A DNA stretch of 64,000 bases from Nitrospirales bacterium. GTDB taxonomy: Bacteria; Nitrospirota; Nitrospiria; Nitrospirales; UBA8639. The stretch covers positions 594,654 through 658,653 of the forward strand of contig OZ245016.1 of assembly GCA_965223765.1 (NCBI GenBank), given 5' to 3'. The position numbers were made by a program, and so were the translations under genes. The notes under the pieces are model-generated. The model did no database searches, was not told where the DNA came from, and saw nothing but the letters and a program-made list of their open reading frames with translations. Positions 56,252 to 64,000 of this stretch are shown here, piece after piece (position 1 is the stretch's first letter; each line of letters opens with the position of its first letter).

Positions 56252-56584
56252 AACAGCTCGGCCCGACGATCCCCGTCGTACCCACAGTCGATTTCCTCAA
56301 TGCGATTCCCCACTTAGCCGCCGTTTTTTCTCGTGGCACCTCCCACTTTAAAAATTTTCGCCCAGACGCGATTTTTAGCTTAGCAACAACAGCGAATTAT
56401 GGCGAGGAAAGGATGAAGCGTGCACCACGAAATCAGCTGCAGAAGATTTTGGATGGGGTCGATACGCTGGCTTCGCAGACGAGGCAACGCTCCGCGTTGC
56501 GAGGATAAGTGGCTAAAGGGCATGGGATAGCAAGTCAGCAATGACCCCACATGTGAATCCGCGGAGGAATGGAGAGAAGCAAAT

Positions 56585-56612
56585 CTATCTCATGAAGCAA
56601 ACAACCTGACCC
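56585..56612 (-). repeat. cassette-boundary motif copy
   Basis: plus strand CTATCTCATGAAGCAAACAACCTGACCC, 6 nt from the stop of 56619..56846. Confidence 0.55.
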
Positions 56613-56618
56613 TTTAAC

Positions 56619-56846
56619 TTAGAGTTTTTCAGATTCCTGACGTTTTTTAATTTTATGGATAATCCAGAGACCAAGTAGAGCTGCAGAAAAACTGCATAAA
56701 GTGCCAAACCAAAAAGAATAATTTAATTTCCCATCATTGAATTGGATAATGATGGCTACGACTAGTGGAGCAATTACAAAAGATGCGATTATCTGATACA
56801 TCTTTCGAAACGCCGTTTTTTGTTCTTTTGTTCCTTGGTCGGCCAT
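56619..56846 (-). CDS. small two-TM protein, candidate immunity protein
   Basis: 75 aa, two hydrophobic helices, downstream of the Rhs gene. Confidence 0.55.
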   Translation of the reverse strand: MADQGTKEQKTAFRKMYQIIASFVIAPLVVAIIIQFNDGKLNYSFWFGTLCSFSAALLGLWIIHKIKKRQESEKL

Positions 56847-57045
56847 AAAAATTCACATGTTACCTTAAGCAGCCTCTGAGAAGGTCAGTTGCAAAATCGA
56901 GTGTTCTTTCAATCCACTCCATTATGCATAACTTTGGGGGAGTTACCGTTTAACCTTATTTTTTGTGAGTCATATAATAAGCTATCTGCCCGTCAGGTTT
57001 AATCAAACAACTCGAGACGAAAAATTATCGTGCAATCAGACTCAT

Positions 57046-58395
57046 TTAAAAACCTGAAGTTTGTCCAACGGCGTTCCCAAATAAACCAAAACCTGTAGTA
57101 CCTATACCTTGCAATCCCGCGGTAAAATTAGAGAGAGCAGAATTCCCACCTGCTAATTTAGTAAGTTGCCCAAATCTAAATGAAGTACTGGCGCCTAGAC
57201 CAGCTCCAATGGCGGAACTAAAATTGAGACAGTCAAATGCTCCTTCCCCCTGGGCTAGATTCGTCGAAATCTGGGCAGCTAGGTCGACTGCTCCGGCAAA
57301 TACCCCTGCCGCCGCAGAGGTAGAAATTCTTGCGGACGTTAACGCCCCAGTGGCCCCGCCAGCCGCAATATTAGCTACAGTTTGCCCTAGTGAGGCCCCT
57401 TGTGCCAGCGAACCCACGAAAGCACTCGTACCACCAAATATTGCTCCAGCAATTGCGAGAGGATTTTCTCCTCTTGGATCATTCAGATTAACCGGATTAT
57501 TCAACACATAGCGATAGAGGTTCTGGTCCCCACCTCTGAAGCGGATGGGATCTTCACTCAGGAATCTGCCGAGCTGTGCGTCGTAGTATCTTGCTCTGTA
57601 GAAGTATAACCCCGATTCACCATCATATTCTCGGCCGGTATAGCTAAAGGGTTGACTCACCGCCTCAGCAACAGACAGTCTTCTCCCATAACTATCATAC
57701 ACATACGAGTTGGCAATGGTCCCAGAACTATCCGTTAAGTGTGTAACTGAGCCCTGGTGGTTGCTGTGGTAGTAGAAAAAGCCTTGCCCGGCTTTCTGTA
57801 AGACCAACGGTTGATCCACTTGATCGCCGTGAGAATACCGCGCGGTGAACGTATTGCTGCCGTCGTATTCTAAGAGAATATCCTCGCCATCGTAGACATA
57901 CCGAGTGATGGTACCTGCGACATTCTTCTCAATGCGCCGCCCCAGTCCATCATACTTGTACGTCACAGTGGTACTATCGGGCCGATCAATCTGAATGAGT
58001 TGATCTTGCGCATCCCAAGTGTACGTGGTCACGTCCGTGGGAATGGCTTTATTGGTCTTGGTCTGCAGATTCCCATTGTTGTCGTAGGTGTACGTGAATT
58101 GGTCATCTTCCAAGAGCCGATTCAGGTCATCATGATTGTGGCTGGATGAAAGGAACGAGGTGGTCCGGTTGCCGACCAAATCGTAATCATAGCTTTCCGC
58201 ATTCGCGACAGAGCCGCCTGATGTCAACCGTTGCAACGCATCATAGGCATGGGACCGATTCTCACTGGGCGTCACCTGATCCAAAATGTCCAGAATGTTG
58301 CCCACCGGAAACCACATCGCCAGCAGCATCAGCCCCTCAAAGATCTGCCGGACATGCTTGGCGAGCCAATGATCTTGTTTGCCTGTCGTGCGCAT
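57046..58395 (-). CDS. 5'-truncated Rhs/YD-repeat protein with a Gly/Ala-rich C-terminal toxin domain
   Basis: YD repeats, YTGREYDGESGLYFYRARYYDAQLGRFLSEDP...NNPVNLNDPRG; ATG 58395 has an AAGGAG RBS, but the first 29 aa are not Rhs-like. Confidence 0.85.
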   Translation of the reverse strand: MRTTGKQDHWLAKHVRQIFEGLMLLAMWFPVGNILDILDQVTPSENRSHAYDALQRLTSGGSVANAESYDYDLVGNRTTSFLSSSHNHDDLNRLLEDDQFTYTYDNNGNLQTKTNKAIPTDVTTYTWDAQDQLIQIDRPDSTTVTYKYDGLGRRIEKNVAGTITRYVYDGEDILLEYDGSNTFTARYSHGDQVDQPLVLQKAGQGFFYYHSNHQGSVTHLTDSSGTIANSYVYDSYGRRLSVAEAVSQPFSYTGREYDGESGLYFYRARYYDAQLGRFLSEDPIRFRGGDQNLYRYVLNNPVNLNDPRGENPLAIAGAIFGGTSAFVGSLAQGASLGQTVANIAAGGATGALTSARISTSAAAGVFAGAVDLAAQISTNLAQGEGAFDCLNFSSAIGAGLGASTSFRFGQLTKLAGGNSALSNFTAGLQGIGTTGFGLFGNAVGQTSGF

Positions 58396-58535
58396 TATCC
58401 ACTCCTTTGCATCAGAGCCTTCAGAACTTCCCCTCTCGTTCGCCCCTCTCACGCGGCGTGTGCGGGGAGGGCGAGGGAACACCGTAGCGTTGGAGTGATA
58501 CCAGTTTTGTGAAAAAAGCAAAATCCGGCCTTTTC

Positions 58536-58555
58536 CTCAACGAGATCTCGTTGAG
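58536..58555. repeat. perfect 20-bp palindrome
   Basis: CTCAACGAGATCTCGTTGAG. Confidence 0.8.
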
Positions 58556-58793
58556 AAGAACTACGTATCATCGCCGATACATGATTGTCTACGTTGGGAG
58601 CGTCATGATCGAACGATAGCCTGAGTTTCGATCTGGAGTGCGAGGTCCCGGCTCGGTATCACCTGCTGGAAAATGCTCACAGATTCAATGAGTTTGGTTC
58701 CTCAATTCCTCCTCGCGCGCTCCCGATCCAGGTTAAGCATCATTCTTGCCTCAGTCCTCACCCTAGACTCAGACACACAACCCCGGAGGCCAC

Positions 58794-59264
58794 ATGTCCG
58801 ACCAATCGACAACACGCTCGCCATCTGTGGTGGTGACGCCCCAAGAACATCGCGTGTTGGTCTTGCTCAAGGACGGCTGGACGATCGCGCAATTGGCGGC
58901 GGCCTTGGCGCTGCAGCCCGCGACGGTGGAGTCGTATCTCCGCAGCCTCTACCGGAAAACGGGGTTGTCGAGACGGGAAGCACTCCTCTGGTGGTGGGAG
59001 TCAGTCGCACGGGACGACCCGACTGGACCAATGAGAACGCCGAGGAACCTTCGCTTCATCACGCGATCTAGACCCAGCCCATGCGAGCCATGTGGTGAAG
59101 ATCACAAGGCCCAGCAACCGACTGCAGAATTGAGAAGCAACAAGACGAGAATGGGCGATGCCAAAAACGCAGACAGCACAAGAAACGGCAACGCTCACGT
59201 AACGGCATCAACCGGAAAGCCCAGGAACCTCATTCGTCAGAGTTCAGGTTCGCGAATTTCGTAA
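58794..59264 (+). CDS. LuxR/GerE-type HTH protein; C-terminal half may be read-through
   Basis: GGAGG RBS; TPQEHRVLVLLKDGWTIAQLAAALALQPATVESYLRSLYRKTG. Confidence 0.65.
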   Translation: MSDQSTTRSPSVVVTPQEHRVLVLLKDGWTIAQLAAALALQPATVESYLRSLYRKTGLSRREALLWWWESVARDDPTGPMRTPRNLRFITRSRPSPCEPCGEDHKAQQPTAELRSNKTRMGDAKNADSTRNGNAHVTASTGKPRNLIRQSSGSRIS

Positions 59265-59438
59265 GGGTTCTGGGCTCTTGACACATGTATGACTTGAAAT
59301 TGCATTAGTCAACAGTCCCAATTCCCCATTGAGAGCTACAACGCTCTATCTTGTTTCTTGATCAACCTTCCCCATACAATATTCTTAAGAATCCCCCTCC
59401 TCAGTTACTTATTCATTTCAGGACAGGAGGTATCTATT

Positions 59439-59684
59439 GTGAGAAACGTCTATTCAGGATTCATTATCAGTCTGGCGATGTTTGGCCTAACGGCCTGTGA
59501 AAGCACCGGAGGAAATGTGGGACTCGGCGTGTTAGGCGGAGCTGCAGGCGCTGCGGGCGGATATGAGTTACACCTCAATCATCAAAAAGACCGGGTTGAA
59601 CAAGACTTTAAGGATAAGAAGATTGATGAGAAAGAGCGAGATATTCGGTTAGATCAGATTAAGCGAGACTCGTTACTTCAATAA
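59439..59684 (+). CDS. small glycine-zipper lipoprotein
   Basis: AGGAGG RBS, GTG start, lipobox LTAC, GLGVLGGAAGAAGGY. Confidence 0.75.
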   Translation: MRNVYSGFIISLAMFGLTACESTGGNVGLGVLGGAAGAAGGYELHLNHQKDRVEQDFKDKKIDEKERDIRLDQIKRDSLLQ

Positions 59685-59716
59685 ACACTGACAACATCTA
59701 AGTTTTCACCGATTTA

Positions 59717-59754
59717 CTCCGAAGAAAAGAGCTCAAGCACTCTTTTCTTCGGAG
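59717..59754. terminator. 15-bp perfect hairpin
   Basis: CTCCGAAGAAAAGAG-8nt-CTCTTTTCTTCGGAG after the lipoprotein gene. Confidence 0.7.
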
Positions 59755-59864
59755 ATTCCGTCGATAACCCGTACCTACCGCCTTCTGTAACATTAGAACA
59801 TTTGGCTCGTACCAACCCGTAAAAGTTCATTCTTGCTATTTAACATCACACATCGTCTCGTGTA

Positions 59865-60653
59865 ATGGATCCCTCTTTGCTGCTAGCGTTGCTGTCAGGG
59901 GGATTCGTCGGTCTATTGCTGGGAGCCACGGGTGGAGGTGGCTCACTCATGGCCATTCCTCTTCTCGTGTATGTCGTCGGAGTCCCTGTCCAAAAAGCCA
60001 GTGCGATGTCGTTGATCGTCGTAGGCTATTCCGCGTTGTTCGGGGCATGGCAAGAACATCGACAACAACACGTCCATATTCCTGCCGCCATTGTGTTTAG
60101 CTTAACCGGGGTGATTGGCGCATGGATTGGAGCACAGGGGCATCAACTGGTTTCGGAAACGATTGTCTTATTTTTGTTCGGCAACCTACTCATGTTTATG
60201 AGTGTCTGGACGTTCTGGCAACATCAGAAGGATGAGAGTCAACATACTATGTCGGGATGTGCTAAATATTTTTCTTGGCCCTGTGCATTTAGGGCATCCG
60301 CAATTGGATGGGGGGTTGGATTGCTCACTGGATTTTTCGGAATAGGTGGAGGGTTTCTCATTGTTCCAGCTCTCATGATCCTTTTAGAGTTTCCCATACG
60401 GCTTGCGATAGGTACGTCTTTTTTGATCATCGCCCTCATTTCGATAGGTGGGGTATTCGGACATTTGCATCTAGCCTCGTTGGATTGGCTCTTAACGGGG
60501 TTAGTGTTAATTGGTAGTGTCCTGGGGTTAGTCTTTGGATCGAGAGTAGCACGGTCCATTCCCTCTCATCATTTGAGACGATGCATTGCGATTCTGATTG
60601 GTATCATCGGATTGGGGTTAATCCTCGATAATGGTTGGCATCTCATCTTTTAA
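59865..60653 (+). CDS. TauE/SafE-family sulfite exporter
   Basis: GLLLGATGGGGSLMAIP and second repeat GLLTGFFGIGGGFLIVP, AIGTS. Confidence 0.9.
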   Translation: MDPSLLLALLSGGFVGLLLGATGGGGSLMAIPLLVYVVGVPVQKASAMSLIVVGYSALFGAWQEHRQQHVHIPAAIVFSLTGVIGAWIGAQGHQLVSETIVLFLFGNLLMFMSVWTFWQHQKDESQHTMSGCAKYFSWPCAFRASAIGWGVGLLTGFFGIGGGFLIVPALMILLEFPIRLAIGTSFLIIALISIGGVFGHLHLASLDWLLTGLVLIGSVLGLVFGSRVARSIPSHHLRRCIAILIGIIGLGLILDNGWHLIF

Positions 60654-60724
60654 GATATGGTGTTAAGAAAAATCCCCACATGCACTCCCTTTCCTTCACA
60701 CAGCGCGAAGTTGAGAAAACCGCA

Positions 60725-62449
60725 CTATGGAATATTGGGGCCAGGTTTCGTCTCTACCCTCACCTGGTTCGTTCGTTCATAATAATCTGTCCGTAGATCA
60801 TCCAGCGCTACTTCGACTTCCGGTGCTTCAACTCCCATATGAAGTAAGGCTTCGCGCGAAAGTTCTATGCTAGCTTCCAGGGTCTCTGAAGCGGTGAAGT
60901 GAGCCCCAAGTGCTTTAAGGGCCTGACATTTCATCATGTCGTGCCCGCGTACAAAAATAGGAATGTCAGGATAGGAGGCATGAAGAGTAGAAACCACTCG
61001 CTCAGTTATCTCAAAGTCATCAATAGCCACGATGACAAGAGGGGCATCCGCAACACCGGCCGCTCGAAAAACTTCGGCACGTGTAAGATCTCCGAAATAC
61101 ACCGGTTTTCCTTCTGAGCGCTCGCGATCCACCAGAGCGGCATTACTATCGATGGCTACATACGGCACCTTCATAGACTCCAAAATAAAGCCGACCTTAC
61201 GGCCCATTCGTCCAAAACCAATAAGGAGGACGGGCTTGGCATCTTGCTCTATCCTGCCAATTTCAAACTCGGGCATGGGAGTGCTCCCTTCACGAATAGA
61301 GGAAAAGATCCGGTACGCGGCGCGCTCTAGAGCTGGGGTGGCCAGCATACTCAGAAGGACAATAATCAGAAGATGTTGAAAATACGTTTCATCTAACAAC
61401 CCCATGCCTTTTGCTAAGGCGAACAGTACCAAGGCGAATTCACCACTTTGAGCTAGGAGCAAGGCTATCGAAATCGATGTCTTTTTTTCTATGCCAAACA
61501 CACGTGACAAAGGCCAGAGTGTGAGAAATTTCCCAGCAAGTAAGACCACCACAATACATACAAGGACAAGAGGGTTCGCAAAAAAGAGGGAGAGATTGAT
61601 GGACATGCCCATGGACATAAAAAACAGCCCAAGCAATAAACCCCGAAAAGGCTGGATCTCGGCGATAATTTGGTGGCGATACGATGAATCGGCAATCAAG
61701 AGGCCAGCGGTAAATGCCCCCATAGCCATGGAGAGGCCAATACGTTCCATGACGTACGCTGAGCCCAACACCAACAGTAACGCTGATGCGGTAAATATTT
61801 CTGGAGAACTATACCGGGCCAGTTTATTCAGGATGGGGTTCAAAATGTAGCGGGCAATTGTAATAATGAGAACGAGAATGAGAATCCCTTCAGCGGCTGC
61901 AAAAAACACATCTTCCGCGGTGGTTAACTCCGGTGTGGCCATCAAAGACACAAAAGCCAGAAGTGGCACAACCGCCAGATCTTGTAACAGTAAGACGGCC
62001 ACAGCGGGTCTGCCGTATTCTGAAGAAAGCATCTTTCGTTCCGTGAGCAGTTGAAGGACAAACGCAGTTGAAGACAGAGCTAACGCCGATCCAATTAACA
62101 GCGAAATCCCCAACGAAGTATGAAGGATTGCATGGGCACTGATTGTGATCATCCCTCCAGTGATGAAAACCTGCAGCGATCCCAGCCCTAACACTAGTCC
62201 CTTCATCTTCCAAAGACGAGAGGGATTAATTTCTATCCCAATCACAAACAACAGGAGCACAACGCCCAGCTCCGCAAGGTGCGCAATCTCATCATAATTC
62301 TCGATAAATCCTAGCCCCGATGGCCCTAAGACAATCCCCGCCACCAAAAATCCCGGGATCGCCCCGAGACCTAGGGCTTGAAACAACGGGACCGCAATCA
62401 CCGCCGCAGCTAGCAGCACAATCGTGTCAGTCAAATATTCCGTATTCAT
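60725..62449 (-). CDS. CPA2 cation:proton antiporter with TrkA-N domain (KefB/KefC-like)
   Basis: LAELGVVLLLFVIGIE, LALSSTA, LLLQDLA, FRGLLLGLFF, GEFALV, IGFGRMG. Confidence 0.9.
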   Translation of the reverse strand: MNTEYLTDTIVLLAAAVIAVPLFQALGLGAIPGFLVAGIVLGPSGLGFIENYDEIAHLAELGVVLLLFVIGIEINPSRLWKMKGLVLGLGSLQVFITGGMITISAHAILHTSLGISLLIGSALALSSTAFVLQLLTERKMLSSEYGRPAVAVLLLQDLAVVPLLAFVSLMATPELTTAEDVFFAAAEGILILVLIITIARYILNPILNKLARYSSPEIFTASALLLVLGSAYVMERIGLSMAMGAFTAGLLIADSSYRHQIIAEIQPFRGLLLGLFFMSMGMSINLSLFFANPLVLVCIVVVLLAGKFLTLWPLSRVFGIEKKTSISIALLLAQSGEFALVLFALAKGMGLLDETYFQHLLIIVLLSMLATPALERAAYRIFSSIREGSTPMPEFEIGRIEQDAKPVLLIGFGRMGRKVGFILESMKVPYVAIDSNAALVDRERSEGKPVYFGDLTRAEVFRAAGVADAPLVIVAIDDFEITERVVSTLHASYPDIPIFVRGHDMMKCQALKALGAHFTASETLEASIELSREALLHMGVEAPEVEVALDDLRTDYYERTNQVRVETKPGPNIP

Positions 62450-62628
62450 AAGTAAATTCTCATCTATTACCCATCTCCTGACAAGAGAAATCTTCTTGTC
62501 AGAATCTAAACGTACTCAATCAATTCCAGTATTAAAAACTTATACGATTACAGTTGAACTAATGACCTATGGCGTCATGCCATTCATGAGGAAGGGGATG
62601 AAAAGCAGGCGATCCCCACCATATACTT

Positions 62629-62822
62629 GCCGGGTTTCGCCCGGACGCTCGAGCTACTTTTCTCCCGGGAAAGGTAGCCAAAACCATGTTGGCCGTGGTG
62701 TGGCCCTTCGGGTCCTACGCGGTTCGCCAACACCGGTGGCGCGCAAACTCGCTACGCTCAAACAGTGTGCGCCTTTTTCCCGGGGTCGGCTTCACTGCTC
62801 AGCCACATCACCAGGCCAGGGA
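62629..62822. repeat. MITE/REP-like palindromic element
   Basis: GCCGGGTTTCGCCCGG hairpin, GCTACTTTT..GGGAAAGGTAGC hairpin, AACTCGCTACGCTCAAACAG; partial second hairpin at about 62876..62893. Confidence 0.5.
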
Positions 62823-63012
62823 AGACTATTGAAGTAAGGATATTGAATGATTGGATCAACCCATGTTCTGTGTTTCCGGGTTTCGACCCGGCAACCCTCG
62901 GAAGGCCAATAATGGCTTGGCAATAGAAGTGAGATGCAAATATTAGGAAGTTAAATGGAAGAACTATATTAATAGACGATACAGGGTTGAAACCTATGGC
63001 GTGGTTAAAAAG

Positions 63013-64000
63013 TTATGAAGGAATTTTTTCATCTTGAACAGGTCGGAATAATAACATCACATCACCTGACTCCAGACGTTGCCCATCTTGGAATTCCCAG
63101 GGAGATAACGTCGTGCCATGCCGATAGACTCTGAGCAACACATCTGGCTGTAAATCGTTGGCCGTTTTTCCCACATCGTCCTCTTCCACTGTTCGCTCGA
63201 CAATTTTGACCTGTCCACCCGCTGTCAGAAAATCCTCCAAATAGTCAGCCAGGTACTTCTGGTCCACGGCGGCAGCTAACATATAGCCTCCGTATGTGGC
63301 CGGGGAAATAATGGTTTGTGCGCCTCCCTGGCGAAAAAGTTTGACGTTTTCTTCTTCCTTCGCACTCACAATGACTCGGCATTCGGTATTGAGGTTTCGA
63401 ACCGTCAATAGGATAAGTGCATTCGTGTCGTCGCGACCGGAGGCAATAATGACGGCTTTGGCTGCCCTCAAGAATGCACCATGTTGTAACAACCCTTCCT
63501 GAGTAGCATCGCCTTTAAGAGCGACCACCCCTAATTCCACAGCCGTTCGTACTCGATCGTCTCTGGGGTCGATGACGACGATATGTTCGGGGTCAGTTCC
63601 TTTGGCGAGTAATTCTTTAACCGCCGAATAGCCGGTGTGTCCGAACCCACAGACGACGACATGGTCACTTAAATTTGATTGGAGTTTTGCCATGCGAAAT
63701 ACCTCAGTAAATTTTCGAAGTGCTAATTGATACGCAGTGCCTAAAAAAATTACCCAAATAAATATTCTGACCGGCGTGACCACCAGGGCATCAATCATTC
63801 TCGCCCGGGGTGTCACGGGAACAATATCCCCATAGCCAACCGTTGTAACGGTTACCATCGTGAAATACACCACATCAGTGAACGACATGTGTCCATCATT
63901 CTGATCTCTTAGTCCCTCACGATCCAGCCACAGGAGGCCGATCAACATTCCAAATAGGAAAAGGACCATCCCCAGTCTGATTAACAAGGTACGAATGGGA
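63013..64000 (-). CDS. potassium channel protein (2-TM pore + RCK/TrkA-N), 5'-truncated by the window edge
   Basis: YFTMVTVTTVGYGD selectivity filter, VVCGFGHTG; frame open to base 64000. Confidence 0.9.
   Translation of the reverse strand, partial: PIRTLLIRLGMVLFLFGMLIGLLWLDREGLRDQNDGHMSFTDVVYFTMVTVTTVGYGDIVPVTPRARMIDALVVTPVRIFIWVIFLGTAYQLALRKFTEVFRMAKLQSNLSDHVVVCGFGHTGYSAVKELLAKGTDPEHIVVIDPRDDRVRTAVELGVVALKGDATQEGLLQHGAFLRAAKAVIIASGRDDTNALILLTVRNLNTECRVIVSAKEEENVKLFRQGGAQTIISPATYGGYMLAAAVDQKYLADYLEDFLTAGGQVKIVERTVEEDDVGKTANDLQPDVLLRVYRHGTTLSPWEFQDGQRLESGDVMLLFRPVQDEKIPS

Noticed and set aside
55834-56313. 159-aa ORF overlapping the orphan Rhs
   Set aside because: It is in the wrong frame; the Rhs core motif is in the frame of 55778..56251.
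58673-59071. 132-aa plus-strand ORF
   Set aside because: It overlaps the better-supported LuxR-type ORF and has no recognisable features.
1-64000. rRNA, tRNA, prophage or site-specific integrase
   Set aside because: None was recognisable by eye. tRNAscan-SE and Infernal were not run, so small RNAs could be missed.

Overview
Bacterial chromosomal window, probably from a Nitrospirales-like organism (inferred from gene content and repeat types). It holds four modules. (1) A sigma-54 sulfur/redox module split over 1.1-6.6 kb and 37-47 kb: a PAS-NtrC activator, persulfide dioxygenase-rhodanese, rhodanese-DUF2892, CoA-persulfide reductase-rhodanese, six c-type cytochromes plus a Tll0287-like heme protein, and a SorAB-like sulfite dehydrogenase; a TauE-family exporter lies further away. 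Four -24/-12 promoters share a TTAACWGTTAAC upstream motif. (2) An approximately 29 kb glycan system at 6.7-35.9 kb, the most striking feature. A 17 kb minus-strand operon encodes 4 glycosyltransferases, 3 APH-like kinases, a nucleotidyltransferase-kinase fusion, a heparinase II/III-like lyase, an ABC exporter and an AlgE-like porin. It is tied to an ECF sigma/anti-sigma pair with glycogen-binding (CBM48/E-set) domains by five correctly oriented GTTTAC-N16/17-CGTCTAA promoters. It is also tied to an OmpR-family two-component system by two arrays of 11-bp-periodic repeats. (3) An IS-rich island at 47.3-54.0 kb with toxin-antitoxin-like cargo and two copies of one IS at the same position in a GC-rich repeat. 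(4) A decayed Rhs toxin/immunity cassette array at 54-58.4 kb punctuated by GGGTCA(G/A)GT motifs, followed by housekeeping transporters. No rRNA, tRNA or CRISPR array was seen. All protein family calls come from motif recognition by eye, not database searches.
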